Of a stretch of 64,000 nucleotides of DNA, positions 1-10,145 are shown piece by piece. How positions within the stretch are numbered: the first letter of the stretch is position 1; each line of letters begins with the position of its first letter. Source of the stretch: an uncultured Anaerolineales bacterium. GTDB lineage: Bacteria > Chloroflexota > Anaerolineae > B4-G1. The notes beneath the pieces were generated by a model. It was not told the DNA's origin. It ran no database searches and worked only from the letters and a program-made list of their open reading frames with translations. The stretch covers positions 10,732-74,731 of the forward strand of contig CAYYTU010000008.1 of NCBI GenBank assembly GCA_964474655.1, in the 5' to 3' direction. Made by a program: the position numbers and the translations under genes.

Positions 1-81
1 CACTTCGTGCCCGGCGTCCTCCAGGATGCGGCTCAAGCCCATGCGGGTGATCGATTCGTCTTCTGCGATAAGGATGCGCAT
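1..81 (-). CDS. Response regulator receiver domain, N-terminal part (runs off the window edge); PdtaR/ANTAR-type likely
   Basis: Manual translation from ATG at 81: MRILIAEDESITRMGLSRILEDAGHEV, with the receiver acidic pocket (IAEDE). GAGGG SD-like upstream. Directly downstream of a PdtaS-like kinase. Not in the ORF track. Confidence 0.75.
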   Translation of the reverse strand, partial: MRILIAEDESITRMGLSRILEDAGHEV

Positions 82-102
82 ATCGAACAATCCCTCGATC
101 CG

Positions 103-1740
103 CTAAACCTCTTGAATGACATCCTCCACAATGATGGTGGCGGATGTGCCTTCTTCATGTTGCTCGATGATCATCTCGCCGCCCAGATCTTGCGTGACGA
201 GGGTTTCGATGATCTGCAGGCCCAGGCTTGGCCGGTCGCTGGGTTCCATCGCCTTGGCCGAGAGCCCGATGCCGTCGTCCTTCACTATTACTGTGAGGTC
301 CGCGCCTTGGCGTTGGAGCGTGACCGTGATTCGACCTGTGTCTCGATCTGTAAAGGCGTGTTTGAGCGCGTTTTGTATCAGCTCGTTTACCGCCAGCGTG
401 AGCGCTGTGGCCTCGCGCGATGGCAGGGCCACCTCGTCGCCGCGTACCGTTACTTGCAGCATCTTCTGGAGGTGGAGCCGGTGCTGGGTCACCGTCTGTG
501 CTACCTGTTCGAAGACTTGCTTGACGTCGACCATTCGGAATCCTTTTTCCGAAAGCACCTCGTGGACGGCAGCGATGCTGAGGATGCGGTCGATGCTTTC
601 GCGCAGCGCCTCTTCGGCGTCGATGGACGGCTCGCCCAGCTGGAGCCGCAGCAACATGGCGATGGTCTGCAAGTTGTTCTTGACGCGGTGGTGCATCTCT
701 CGCACCACCGCCGTGTTGACCGCCAGCCGGGCGTTCTCAATCGCCAGCGCCGTCTGGTTGGCCAGTGTTTGGAAAAGTTCGATCTCTTGAGGGGAAAAGG
801 TGTACGGGCGACCGGTGTAGCCATTTAACACCCCGATGATCCGGTCTCGTACCTGGAGTGGCACGCAGAGCAGCGCGTAAAGCCCCTCCTGCGCAGCGAT
901 CTCTGGATAATGGTAGCGTTCTTCCTGGCGCACGTTTTTCACCACTATCGGCCGGCCGCTTTGAGCCACGCGCCCGGTGATGCCCTTGTCCAGTCCGAGT
1001 GGATCTTTGTCGCAGTAGGCTGCGCCGAGGCCGTGAGTGGCGTGGATACTCAGCTTCTCCTGCTCGTTCAATAACATCAGCGAGGTGGCCTTGACCCGCA
1101 TCACCTGGGCCGCCATATCGACCACTGTACTTAACATCTGATCCAGGTAGAGGGGCGAGATGATAGCTTCGCTCACCTCGGCCAGCGTGGAAAGCTCGCT
1201 GATCTGGCGCTGCATCTGGTCGTAGAGCATGGCCTTCTCCAGCGCGCCGGCTGCCAGGTCGCCGATCAGGGAGAGCAGCTCGATCTCTTCGTTGCCGTAG
1301 TGGTGATACCGCTCGGTCTGGACGTTCATAGCGCCGATCACGCGCCCCTGGTTGCTCAGTGGCACTGCCAGCAGCGATTGGAAGATCGATTCCTCCGTCT
1401 CCGGCAGGTGCTTGAAGCGCGAGTCGCAGGCCGCGTCGGCCACGGCCACCGGCTCCCCCTTTTGGGCCGCCCAGCCGGTCAGGCCTTCGCCCAGACGGAG
1501 CTGCGCCTGCCCGATCGAACCTGGGGCCAGGCCGGTGGTCGCCTTCAGGGTCAGGAACTCCTCGTCTTCATCGAGCAGGTAGATAGAGCACGAGTCCATC
1601 CCCATGACGGCGGCGGTCTTGCGGGTGATGAGATCCAGCGTCGCTTGCAACTCCCAGGCGGCGTTGATGGCTCGTCCAATCTCCCGCAGGGCCGAAAGTT
1701 GGTCGGTTTTCTGATCTAGTCGTCGCTTCAGCTCTTCCAT
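103..1740 (-). CDS. Two-GAF sensor histidine kinase, HisKA_2 (PdtaS/EutW-like)
   Basis: Two GAF repeats; H-box EMHHRVKNNLQ; N-box ELIQNALKHAF; G boxes DDGIG and SLGLQI. Confidence 0.9.
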   Translation of the reverse strand: MEELKRRLDQKTDQLSALREIGRAINAAWELQATLDLITRKTAAVMGMDSCSIYLLDEDEEFLTLKATTGLAPGSIGQAQLRLGEGLTGWAAQKGEPVAVADAACDSRFKHLPETEESIFQSLLAVPLSNQGRVIGAMNVQTERYHHYGNEEIELLSLIGDLAAGALEKAMLYDQMQRQISELSTLAEVSEAIISPLYLDQMLSTVVDMAAQVMRVKATSLMLLNEQEKLSIHATHGLGAAYCDKDPLGLDKGITGRVAQSGRPIVVKNVRQEERYHYPEIAAQEGLYALLCVPLQVRDRIIGVLNGYTGRPYTFSPQEIELFQTLANQTALAIENARLAVNTAVVREMHHRVKNNLQTIAMLLRLQLGEPSIDAEEALRESIDRILSIAAVHEVLSEKGFRMVDVKQVFEQVAQTVTQHRLHLQKMLQVTVRGDEVALPSREATALTLAVNELIQNALKHAFTDRDTGRITVTLQRQGADLTVIVKDDGIGLSAKAMEPSDRPSLGLQIIETLVTQDLGGEMIIEQHEEGTSATIIVEDVIQEV

Positions 1741-1863
1741 AGGGTGGAAACAGGCCTAAACAGAAGCGGCCTCCTCTCTGCCGTCGATGCGGTAGAAAGG
1801 AAGCCGCTTGGTGTGCGAGTAGCGCCTAGCAATCTTACAGCCAGGTCTACGTGAGTCGGTTTG

Positions 1864-2085
1864 CTACTCGATGAGTATCACCTCGACGGGGCATGCAAAA
1901 GCTGCGTCTTCCACGCACTCTTCAAGGTCGTCGGGTACTTCGCCTACGGCCAGGTCGTCGTCCACGCGGTACTCTTCCGTGATCTGGCTGAAGAGATCGT
2001 CCTCGTTCTCCTCGAAGACCTCGGGGCAGTCGGCGTAGCACGACCCGCAGCTGATGCATTCTTCACGTTCGATCGTGACCTTCAT
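1864..2085 (-). CDS. Single-cluster ferredoxin (73 aa, acidic)
   Basis: CISCGSCYADCP and ACP motifs. Start moved to ATG 2085, behind AAGGAGG. Confidence 0.9.
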   Translation of the reverse strand: MKVTIEREECISCGSCYADCPEVFEENEDDLFSQITEEYRVDDDLAVGEVPDDLEECVEDAAFACPVEVILIE

Positions 2086-2257
2086 TAATGTACCTCCTTG
2101 TAGTTGGACTTTACTGTACTTAATTGTACTGTGCGCTCCCTTTACGCTCTTGCAGGAGCACGGATTTGACCAGGCGTATTTATAGCACAAAGCGGGCCAC
2201 CTGTCCAACCTGCTTTGCTCTCGAAGGGGGCGTGATCAGGTGACACGTTGCGTAGAG

Positions 2258-3325
2258 TCACAGGATCAGCATCGCATCGCCGAAGCTGTAGAAGCGATAA
2301 CGTTTCTGGATGGCCTCGGCGTAGGCCCGCCCTATCAGATCCTTTCCCGCGAAGGCCGAGACTAACATCAAGAGGGTGGATTGCGGCAGATGGAAGTTCG
2401 TGATCAGCGCATCCACCGCGCGGAACTCGAACCCGGGGTAGATGAAGAGGTCGGTTTCGCCCTCGAAGGCGGCGACCGTCTGGCGGGGACAGGCTGGGGC
2501 GTCCTCTTCGCCGCCGGCGGCTATGCGCGCCGCCGTCTCCAGCGTGCGCACGCTCGTGGTCCCCACCGCTACCACCCGCTGCCCCTCTAGTTTGGTCTGA
2601 TTGATCCGCTCGGCTACTGGTGGAGGGAGCGAACAGTATTCAGTATGCATCTGGTGGTCTTCGATTCTATCCTCGTGCACCGGTTGGAACGTGTCCAGGC
2701 CGATGTGGAGGGTGATGAAGGCGGACTGCACGCCTATATCTCGCAGCTCCAGCAATAGATCCATGGTGAAGTGGAGCCCGGCTGTCGGCGCGGCAGCCGA
2801 CCCGGGCTTATGCGCGTAGATAGTCTGGTACCGCTCGGCGTCCTCCAGCTCCTTGTGGATGTAGGGCGGCAGCGGGGTGACGCCTACCTCGTCCGCTATC
2901 TCCAGCGCCGGTCGGTCGAACCGCAAGACGCGCATCGCCCGCTCGCCTCGCTCGACGACCTCCGCTTCCGCGTCGATAGGGTCGCCGTCGGGCGCGTCCA
3001 GTAGCGTCAGCCACAGGCCCGGCCGCACGCACTTGCCGCCGACCAGGGCCTCCCACGTGGTCGCGTCGCGCTGGCGCAACAGCAGAATCTCCACCTGTCC
3101 GCCGGTAGGCTTGCGGGCGAAGAGCCGGGCTGGAATGACCCGGCTCTTGTTATGGATCAGCAGATCCCCCCATTCCAGGAAGTCTGGCATATTGTAGAAG
3201 TGTCGATGGAGTATCTCGCCGCTCTCGCGCTTCACGACCATCAGGCGGGAGGTATCCCGTGGCTCGACCGGCTCCTGGGCGATCAGCTCGGGCGGCAGGT
3301 CGTAGTCGAATTCAGCCGTCTTCAC
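2258..3325 (-). CDS. queA: S-adenosylmethionine:tRNA ribosyltransferase-isomerase
   Basis: FDYDLPPELIAQEP, PLPPYI, AAPTAGLHF, VGTTSVRTLE, TNFHLPQSTL, YRFYSFGDAMLI. Confidence 0.97.
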   Translation of the reverse strand: MKTAEFDYDLPPELIAQEPVEPRDTSRLMVVKRESGEILHRHFYNMPDFLEWGDLLIHNKSRVIPARLFARKPTGGQVEILLLRQRDATTWEALVGGKCVRPGLWLTLLDAPDGDPIDAEAEVVERGERAMRVLRFDRPALEIADEVGVTPLPPYIHKELEDAERYQTIYAHKPGSAAAPTAGLHFTMDLLLELRDIGVQSAFITLHIGLDTFQPVHEDRIEDHQMHTEYCSLPPPVAERINQTKLEGQRVVAVGTTSVRTLETAARIAAGGEEDAPACPRQTVAAFEGETDLFIYPGFEFRAVDALITNFHLPQSTLLMLVSAFAGKDLIGRAYAEAIQKRYRFYSFGDAMLIL

Positions 3326-3687
3326 GTGAGTGGCTCACGATTCTCGGACGCGGCGTCGGGGCCCGAAATCGCTTGCCAGAGCGCGAGGATGAGGCAGACG
3401 ATGGCCGCTACGTCGATCACGCTGCAACAGCAGCCGATGCTGGTATTGACGGTCAAGAAGCGTTGGGCCCCCCGCGTTTGCCTGATTATCAAGTTGACCA
3501 GGGGAGCGCGGGCAAACGAGGCCAGATCGACCAAGAGAAGGACCCCAAAGCCGATCAAAGCCAACAGCGCCGGGCTTTGCTTCTGTTTGTGGCGGGATAA
3601 GAGCATAATCGCAGCTATCACGCCGCCCAGGTGCGCCAGTAAGGTCGGCAGGCTGGGAAGGATCGAGAGAAAGCCTAATTGTTGCAT
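3322..3687 (-). CDS. Small membrane protein of unknown function
   Basis: 121 aa with about three hydrophobic segments; 4-nt overlap with queA start; AGGAGG SD. Confidence 0.65.
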   Translation of the reverse strand: MQQLGFLSILPSLPTLLAHLGGVIAAIMLLSRHKQKQSPALLALIGFGVLLLVDLASFARAPLVNLIIRQTRGAQRFLTVNTSIGCCCSVIDVAAIVCLILALWQAISGPDAASENREPLT

Positions 3688-3711
3688 CTTTGCCTCCTGA
3701 AGAGTGTTGAT

Positions 3712-3948
3712 CTAGCGGTTCAGCAGCCGTATGATCACGTTCAGCACGATGGTCAGCAGGATGCTGAGCAGGATCGAGCTTGCCAGTGGAAACAGGCAGG
3801 TGAAGCCCTGCCCCTCAATTCGGATATCGCCCGGTAAGCGGCCCAGGAGATCGAAGCGGGAGAGCAGCCATATCAGCCCGCCGATGGCCACGAACACAAC
3901 TCCTGTCAGCATCAGCCATTTGCTCAGCGGTTCTAGTCCGTTCATCAT
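3712..3948 (-). CDS. DUF2905-like small membrane protein
   Basis: LGRLPGDIRIE and FPLASSILLSILLT motifs; this family typically lies between ruvB and queA. Confidence 0.85.
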   Translation of the reverse strand: MMNGLEPLSKWLMLTGVVFVAIGGLIWLLSRFDLLGRLPGDIRIEGQGFTCLFPLASSILLSILLTIVLNVIIRLLNR

Positions 3949-3957
3949 ACCCGCTCC

Positions 3958-4977
3958 TTACAACAGTGATGGTTGCTCAGCGCGCTCGTAGGGGATATCC
4001 AGGTGCTCGTAGGCCCTTGGGGTGGCGATGCGCCCGCGAGGTGTCCGATCCAAGAAGCCCAGGCGTAGCAGGTAGGGCTCGATCACGTCCATAATTGTAT
4101 CGGGCTCCTCGCTCACGGCGGCGGCGATGGTATCCAGACCTACCGGTCCGCCGCCGAACTTGTGGATGATGGTGTTCAGCACGCGCCGGTCGATCTCATC
4201 CAGGCCGCGGGCATCGACATGGAGCATCTCCATCGCTTCGCTGGCTACCGCGCGGGTTATGCGCCCGTCGGCGCGCACCTGGGCGAAGTCGCGCACGCGC
4301 TTAAGTAATCGCAGCGCCACGCGCGGCGTCCCGCGTCCGCGCCGGGCGATCTCGGCCGCGCCGCCCGTGTCGATTGCTACCTCCAGCACGCGCGCGGCCC
4401 GCACCACGATTGCCTCCAGCGCTTCTTGTTCGTAGAAATCGACGCGGAAGGTGGCCCCGAAGCGCGAGCGCAGCGGGGCTGTCAACAGGGCTAGGCGGGT
4501 GGTGGCGCCCACTACGGTGAAGCGGGGCAAATTGAGACGGATCGAACGTGCGCTCGGCCCCTTACCGATCACGAAGTCGAGCGCGAAATCCTCCATCGCC
4601 GGGTAGAGGATCTCCTCGACGGCCCGCCCCAGGCGGTGGACCTCGTCGATGAAGAAGATCTCCTTGTGCCGCAGGTTGCTCAGAATCGCGGCCAGATCGC
4701 CGGTGCGTTCGATGGCTGGCCCCGACGTGACGCGGATGGGCACGTCCATCTCGTTGGCGATGATGTGGGAGAGTGTAGTCTTACCCAGGCCCGGCGGGCC
4801 GTACAGCAGCACGTGATCGATGGCCTCGTCCCGCTGCTTCGCCGCTTCGATCAGAATCCGGAGGTTCTGACGCACGGAATCCTGGCCGATCAGATCATCC
4901 AGCCGTTGCGGGCGCAGTGCCTGGTCGAGTACGACTTCTTCTTCATCTGGTTCCGGGGAAATGATACGTTCATTCAT
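3958..4977 (-). CDS. ruvB: Holliday junction branch migration DNA helicase RuvB
   Basis: [12 protein letters not shown], Walker [29 protein letters not shown]. Confidence 0.97.
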   Translation of the reverse strand: MNERIISPEPDEEEVVLDQALRPQRLDDLIGQDSVRQNLRILIEAAKQRDEAIDHVLLYGPPGLGKTTLSHIIANEMDVPIRVTSGPAIERTGDLAAILSNLRHKEIFFIDEVHRLGRAVEEILYPAMEDFALDFVIGKGPSARSIRLNLPRFTVVGATTRLALLTAPLRSRFGATFRVDFYEQEALEAIVVRAARVLEVAIDTGGAAEIARRGRGTPRVALRLLKRVRDFAQVRADGRITRAVASEAMEMLHVDARGLDEIDRRVLNTIIHKFGGGPVGLDTIAAAVSEEPDTIMDVIEPYLLRLGFLDRTPRGRIATPRAYEHLDIPYERAEQPSLL

Positions 4978-5022
4978 TTGCGGCTAATTATACTAGGAAT
5001 GGCAGCCAGGGAAAGTGTGCTT

Positions 5023-5051
5023 TTGACAAACGGTAGGCGAGCGAGTACAAT
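5023..5051 (+). promoter_or_regulatory. sigma70-type promoter of upp
   Basis: TTGACA-N17-TACAAT, 33 nt upstream of the upp start. Confidence 0.7.
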
Positions 5052-5084
5052 GCACGCCTTGGATTTTGAAGCGCTTGGAGGTGA

Positions 5085-5717
5085 TTGGTGACGGCACAAG
5101 TACATATTTCGACCCATCCAATGGTGGAGCATAAGATGGTTCTGCTGCGCGACCAGCGTACAGATCCCAAGAAGTTTCGCGAGGTGCTACGCGAGATATC
5201 GGTTCTGATTGCTTACGAGGCCACGCAGGATCTGGCGACGGAAGAGACGAAGGTCACGACGCCGCTGGGGCAGGCCCAAGGGTATCGACTACGGGAGCGC
5301 GTGGGGCTGGTGCCCATTTTGCGGGCCGGATTGGGGATGGTGGAGGGCGTTTGGAGTATGATGCCCAACGCCGAGGTCTGGCACATCGGTCTTCGCCGCG
5401 ATGAGCAGACGCTGGAGCCGGTGGAGTATTATAGCCGCCTGCCAGTCAAGCCCACCATTGACCTTTGTTTGGTGCTCGATCCGATGTTAGCCACGGGCGG
5501 GTCGGCAGTGGCAGCGGTCGATATCCTCAAGGATTGGGGGGCCGAACGCATCAAGTTCGCCGGCGTTGTCGCCTCCGCTGAGGGCGTGCGGCATATGACT
5601 GCAGCTCATCCTGACGTATCGCTCTATCTGGCCGCGGTGGACGAAAGACTCAACGAAGAGGGCATGATTATGCCCGGGCTGGGCGATGCCGGCGATCGGC
5701 TGTTTGGAACCGGGTGA
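5085..5717 (+). CDS. upp: Uracil phosphoribosyltransferase
   Basis: [41 protein letters not shown]. Confidence 0.97.
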   Translation: MVTAQVHISTHPMVEHKMVLLRDQRTDPKKFREVLREISVLIAYEATQDLATEETKVTTPLGQAQGYRLRERVGLVPILRAGLGMVEGVWSMMPNAEVWHIGLRRDEQTLEPVEYYSRLPVKPTIDLCLVLDPMLATGGSAVAAVDILKDWGAERIKFAGVVASAEGVRHMTAAHPDVSLYLAAVDERLNEEGMIMPGLGDAGDRLFGTG

Positions 5718-5730
5718 TCACCCTGCGTCG

Positions 5731-6759
5731 ATGAGTTTGTATGGAGTGGTGGCGCTATCGTCGTTTATCCTGGCGTTTCTCCTCACACCGCTCACCGGCC
5801 GCCTGGGCCGGGCGCTGGACATCGTCGATAAGCCTGGTGGTCGCCGCCGTCATCAAGGCCAGATCCCGCGTTTGGGCGGCGTGGCTGTCTTTGCAGCTTT
5901 TGTGGCCGCGATCGCGATCGCAGCCTGGCGTGGTGGACTTACCCTTGGCTACAGCGCCACCGATACTCTACGCTTGAAGGGGTTGCTGATCGGTGGGGCC
6001 GGGGCCTTCCTCTTCGGCCTGATCGACGACTGGCGCGATCTGTTGCCAGGCCTCCAGTTTGCGTTTCAGATTCTCCTCTCGTTAGTAGCTCTCGCGACGC
6101 TCCTCTGGCTCGAATGTTTCACCCTCCCTTTTGTCGGCTATGTTTCTCTGAGCGACTATGGCTGGGGCGTCTGGGGCTATATTCCTCTGACCATTTTTTG
6201 GATAGTCGGTATGATGAACACGGTCAACTGGCTCGATGGGCTTGATGGCTTGGCGGCCGGCGTGGGGGCTATTCTCTGCCTGGTGCTGGCGATCCATATG
6301 CATCGTGTTGGGCAGCCGAGCGTGGCCTTGCTGCCGCTGGCGCTGCTGGGAGCGTTGCTCGGCTTCTTGCCCTACAATGTCGCACCGGCGCGGCTCTTTC
6401 TGGGCAGCGCTGGGGCCTTCTTCCTGGGCTACGCCCTGGGCGGCCTGGGACTGATCGCAGGAGGGCGTGTGGCTACTGTGCTGATGGTAATGGGGTTGCC
6501 CATCGTGGATGTGGCCTGGCAGATACTCGATCGGCTGCGCCGGCGGCGCTCGCCGGCCCGCGCCGACCGTGGTCACCTTCATTTTCGCCTGTTTGATATG
6601 GGGCTTTCGGAGCGGGTGGTGGTCTTGGCCTACTGGGGATTCTGTGCGCTGTTCGGCCTGCTGGCGTTGCTGGTCGTCTCTCGGCTTTACAAACTGCTGG
6701 CCCTGATCGCCATCGGCGCGATTGTGGTGGTCACTCTGGCTTTTCTTTCCGGGGAGTGA
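5731..6759 (+). CDS. MraY/WecA/TagO family glycosyltransferase (family 4)
   Basis: IPRLGG, GLIDD, MMNTVNWLDGLDGLAAG, DRGHLHFRL; multi-pass membrane. Start placed at ATG 5731, after the upp stop. Confidence 0.9.
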   Translation: MSLYGVVALSSFILAFLLTPLTGRLGRALDIVDKPGGRRRHQGQIPRLGGVAVFAAFVAAIAIAAWRGGLTLGYSATDTLRLKGLLIGGAGAFLFGLIDDWRDLLPGLQFAFQILLSLVALATLLWLECFTLPFVGYVSLSDYGWGVWGYIPLTIFWIVGMMNTVNWLDGLDGLAAGVGAILCLVLAIHMHRVGQPSVALLPLALLGALLGFLPYNVAPARLFLGSAGAFFLGYALGGLGLIAGGRVATVLMVMGLPIVDVAWQILDRLRRRRSPARADRGHLHFRLFDMGLSERVVVLAYWGFCALFGLLALLVVSRLYKLLALIAIGAIVVVTLAFLSGE

Positions 6760-6838
6760 CGTTGGGTAATGTCCCTAATTATAGTATAATAATCAGCTAG
6801 TGCTTCCGATTTATTGGTGATAATTTTGGAGGAGATAG

Positions 6839-7396
6839 ATGATCGACGTTAATGAGTTACGCAAGGGGGTCACCTTCACGATGGACGGTGATCTCTATAG
6901 GGTGATGGAATACCAGCATCATAAGCCGGGACGGGGTAAGGCCTACATCCGCACCACGCTGCGCAACCTGCGGACCGGGGATAAGATCAAGCATACGTTC
7001 ACCTCCGGCGATAAGGTGGAGGATGTCTTCGTCGAGCGACGGGGTATGCAGTTTCTTTACTCCGATGGCGATTTTTACCACTTTATGGATACGGAGACCT
7101 ACGAGCAGATGGCCATCCCGGCCTCTGTGCTGGGAGAGAAAGCGAAATACCTTAAAGAGAATATGGAACTGATCGTTTCGACTTATGGTCGGGAGCCGAT
7201 CGACATCGAACTGCCAGCCTCGGTCGACCTAGAGGTGGTCGAATCGGAGTTCGCTGTCGCGGGAGATACCGCCACCGGCGCGATGAAGAGCGTCACCGTC
7301 GAGACCGGCCTGAAGGTACAGGTGCCCCTTTTCGTCGAGGTGGGGGATGTGATCCGGGTAGACACGCGCACGGGGGAATACGTCACGCGCGTGTGA
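6839..7396 (+). CDS. efp: Elongation factor P
   Basis: HHKPGRGKA, GDTATG, TGLKVQVPLFV, VDTRTGEYVTRV. Confidence 0.97.
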   Translation: MIDVNELRKGVTFTMDGDLYRVMEYQHHKPGRGKAYIRTTLRNLRTGDKIKHTFTSGDKVEDVFVERRGMQFLYSDGDFYHFMDTETYEQMAIPASVLGEKAKYLKENMELIVSTYGREPIDIELPASVDLEVVESEFAVAGDTATGAMKSVTVETGLKVQVPLFVEVGDVIRVDTRTGEYVTRV

Positions 7397-7424
7397 CCGG
7401 GCTGATTGCGATGAAAGGGGACAA

Positions 7425-10133
7425 ATGAAACGCCAATCTAAGCCGATCGGAGTTCTTATCACCATTGCCTTTGGAGCTTTGATTCTTTTGCCGCTTATCT
7501 TTGGCAACGCGGTCAATTTCTACACTGATTGGCTCTGGTTCGAAAGCCTGGGCCAGCTGAGCACTTACCTGAAGCGCCTTTGGCTGCGGATTGGCGTCTG
7601 GTTGGCCGGCTTCTTGCTCGTAGGCGGCGTGTTGGTCATCAATTGGATGCTCATCCCGCGCCCACTACTGAATGAGGTACAGCTTGATCTGCGCAATAAG
7701 CGAGGGCCGCGCGTCAAAATTAGCACCGCGATTATGCTTTTGGTGTTGATGTTTGTGACGTTCATCGTGGCCCTCACGATGGCGAGCGAGGCCGCCAGCA
7801 AGTGGATGACGACGCTTTCCTATCTCAACGCTACTCCCTTTGGGTTGGAGGATCCGATCTTCGGCCGCGACGTTGGCTTCTACGTCTTCAAATTACCCTT
7901 TTTCCGATTCCTGCTCAACTGGTTGATGGGCCTGGTTGTGGTGACATTGATCGGCGATGCGATCATCTACCTGCTCGGCGGGCAGATCCGCGAGTCGGCG
8001 GCGACCAGGCACCTTTCGGTATTGGGGGCGCTCTTCTTGATCGGACGGGCCGCCGGCTACCAGATCCGGCGGTTGGCGCTGCTTAGCTCCTCGCGTGGGG
8101 TGGTCTTCGGGGCCGGTTACACCGACGTCCACGCCCGATTGCCGCTTCTGCATCTGCTGACCGGGATAGTCGTCGTGGGCGCCCTGGTGCTGTTGGTGAA
8201 CCTCTTCACCCGGCGCTGGCAACCATCCTGGATGCCCGGCACCGGCTGGCTGCTGCTGATCGTGGGCGGGGGTTGGATTGTGGTGAGCCTGCTGGGCGAG
8301 TTCTATCCTGACACCGTGCAGCGTTTCACCGTCGAGCCCAATGAGCTGGCGAGGGAGCGACCTTATATTGAGCATAACATCCAGTTCACCCGCTATGCCT
8401 ACGGTCTGAGTGATGTGAAGGAGACCGATTTCGATCCCTCAGGCGACCTGACGAGCGCAGATCTGGAGGCCAATGCCGATACGTTCGACAACGTGCGGCT
8501 GTGGGATTGGCGTCCGCTGCGTGCGACCTTCGAACAGCTGCAAGAGATTCGCACCTACTACACCTTCGCCGACGTGGATATCGATCGCTATGTCATTGAC
8601 GATAAGCTGCGCCAGGTCAATTTATCCGCGCGCGAGCTTGATGTCACAGAGATGCGCGAGGATGCCCAGACGTGGATCAACCAGCATTTGATCTATACTC
8701 ACGGCTACGGCCTTTGCCTCAGCCTCACCGGTAAGATCAACGAGGACGGGCTGCCGAGCTTGCTGGTGCGCGATATTCCGCCTAGAACCGACGAGTCCAC
8801 GTTCGTCATCCGGCGACCAGAGATCTACTTCGGCGAGAAGACGACCAATTATGTGATCGTCAACACCGACGAGGACGAGTTCGATTATCCCATCGGCGAT
8901 CGGAACGCCTATACCCGTTACGAAGGCCCAGATGGCGTGGCTCTCGGTGGGCTGATCCGGCGATTGGCGTTTGCCCTGCGCTTTAACGACGCGCCGATCT
9001 TGCTTTCGAGCGCCCTCGGGCCAGAAAGTCGCATCCTCTTTCACCGCACGTTGCACGATCGTGTGAAAACGTTAGCCCCCATGCTCTGGTATGATGCGGA
9101 CCCCTACCCTGTGCTCTTGGATGGGCGCATCGTCTGGCTTTACGATGCCTACACCTGGAGCCAGCGTTTTCCCTACTCCGAGCCCACGCGCGGGCTCAAC
9201 TACATCCGCAACAGCGTCAAGGTGGCCATCGACGCCTACACCGGCGAGACGACCTTCTATGTGATCGACCCCTCCGACCCGCTGATTCAGACTTACCAGG
9301 CCATCTTCCCCGATCTGTTCACGCCCGGTGAGGAGATGGACCCGACGCTGCGCCGCCATTGGCGGTATCCGGAGCAACTCTTTCAGATTCAGGCGGATCA
9401 GTATACGGCCTATCATATGGAGGATGCCAGAGTCTTCTACAATCAGGAAGACCTTTGGGAGGTCCCGACGGAGATTCGCGGGGGCGAAGAGATCAAGGTG
9501 GCGCCTTACTACGTCACCGCGCAGCTCCCGGACGCGGATGAGGTGGAGTTTCTAATGATGCGGCCCTACGTGCCGGTCGGTAAACAGAACATGATCGCCT
9601 GGTTCTACGCCGAATCTGACGGGGAGGATTACGGCGAGCTGGGCGTCTACAAGTTTGCCAAGGACAGGCTGGTCTATGGCCCGATGCAGATTGAATCCCG
9701 CGTCGACCAGAACCCACTGATCTCGCAGCAGCTCTCGCTCTGGGATCAGCACGGCTCCTCGGTTAATCGGGGCAACTTGATCATCATCCCCATCGATGAC
9801 GCGCTACTTTACGTGGAGCCAATCTACCTCCAGGCCGAAGCCAGCCAGCTGCCCGAGCTCAAGCGGGTGGTGGTGGCGTATCAGAATCGGGTGGTGATGG
9901 CGGATGACCTTATGGCGGGGCTGGAGCAAGTGCTGGGCGCGGAACTAGAGCAGCAGGAACCGGTCGCTGTCCTGCCGACTGCAGTGCAGGAACTGGCGCA
10001 ATCGGCTCAGGCCCACTACGACGCAGCTCAAGTCTGTCTGCAGCAGGGAGATTGGGCCTGTTACGGCGAGGAATTGGAAGCCTTGGAACGCGTCCTGGAG
10101 GCGCTTGTCGCTGCTACCGATGTAGAGGATTGA
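7425..10133 (+). CDS. UPF0182 family membrane protein
   Basis: YTDWLWF, DPIFGRDVGFYVFKLP, GAGYTDVHA, NVRLWD, YTHGYG, NYIRNSVK, GNLIIIP. Confidence 0.93.
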   Translation: MKRQSKPIGVLITIAFGALILLPLIFGNAVNFYTDWLWFESLGQLSTYLKRLWLRIGVWLAGFLLVGGVLVINWMLIPRPLLNEVQLDLRNKRGPRVKISTAIMLLVLMFVTFIVALTMASEAASKWMTTLSYLNATPFGLEDPIFGRDVGFYVFKLPFFRFLLNWLMGLVVVTLIGDAIIYLLGGQIRESAATRHLSVLGALFLIGRAAGYQIRRLALLSSSRGVVFGAGYTDVHARLPLLHLLTGIVVVGALVLLVNLFTRRWQPSWMPGTGWLLLIVGGGWIVVSLLGEFYPDTVQRFTVEPNELARERPYIEHNIQFTRYAYGLSDVKETDFDPSGDLTSADLEANADTFDNVRLWDWRPLRATFEQLQEIRTYYTFADVDIDRYVIDDKLRQVNLSARELDVTEMREDAQTWINQHLIYTHGYGLCLSLTGKINEDGLPSLLVRDIPPRTDESTFVIRRPEIYFGEKTTNYVIVNTDEDEFDYPIGDRNAYTRYEGPDGVALGGLIRRLAFALRFNDAPILLSSALGPESRILFHRTLHDRVKTLAPMLWYDADPYPVLLDGRIVWLYDAYTWSQRFPYSEPTRGLNYIRNSVKVAIDAYTGETTFYVIDPSDPLIQTYQAIFPDLFTPGEEMDPTLRRHWRYPEQLFQIQADQYTAYHMEDARVFYNQEDLWEVPTEIRGGEEIKVAPYYVTAQLPDADEVEFLMMRPYVPVGKQNMIAWFYAESDGEDYGELGVYKFAKDRLVYGPMQIESRVDQNPLISQQLSLWDQHGSSVNRGNLIIIPIDDALLYVEPIYLQAEASQLPELKRVVVAYQNRVVMADDLMAGLEQVLGAELEQQEPVAVLPTAVQELAQSAQAHYDAAQVCLQQGDWACYGEELEALERVLEALVAATDVED

Positions 10134-10145
10134 TTGGGGGGCTTG

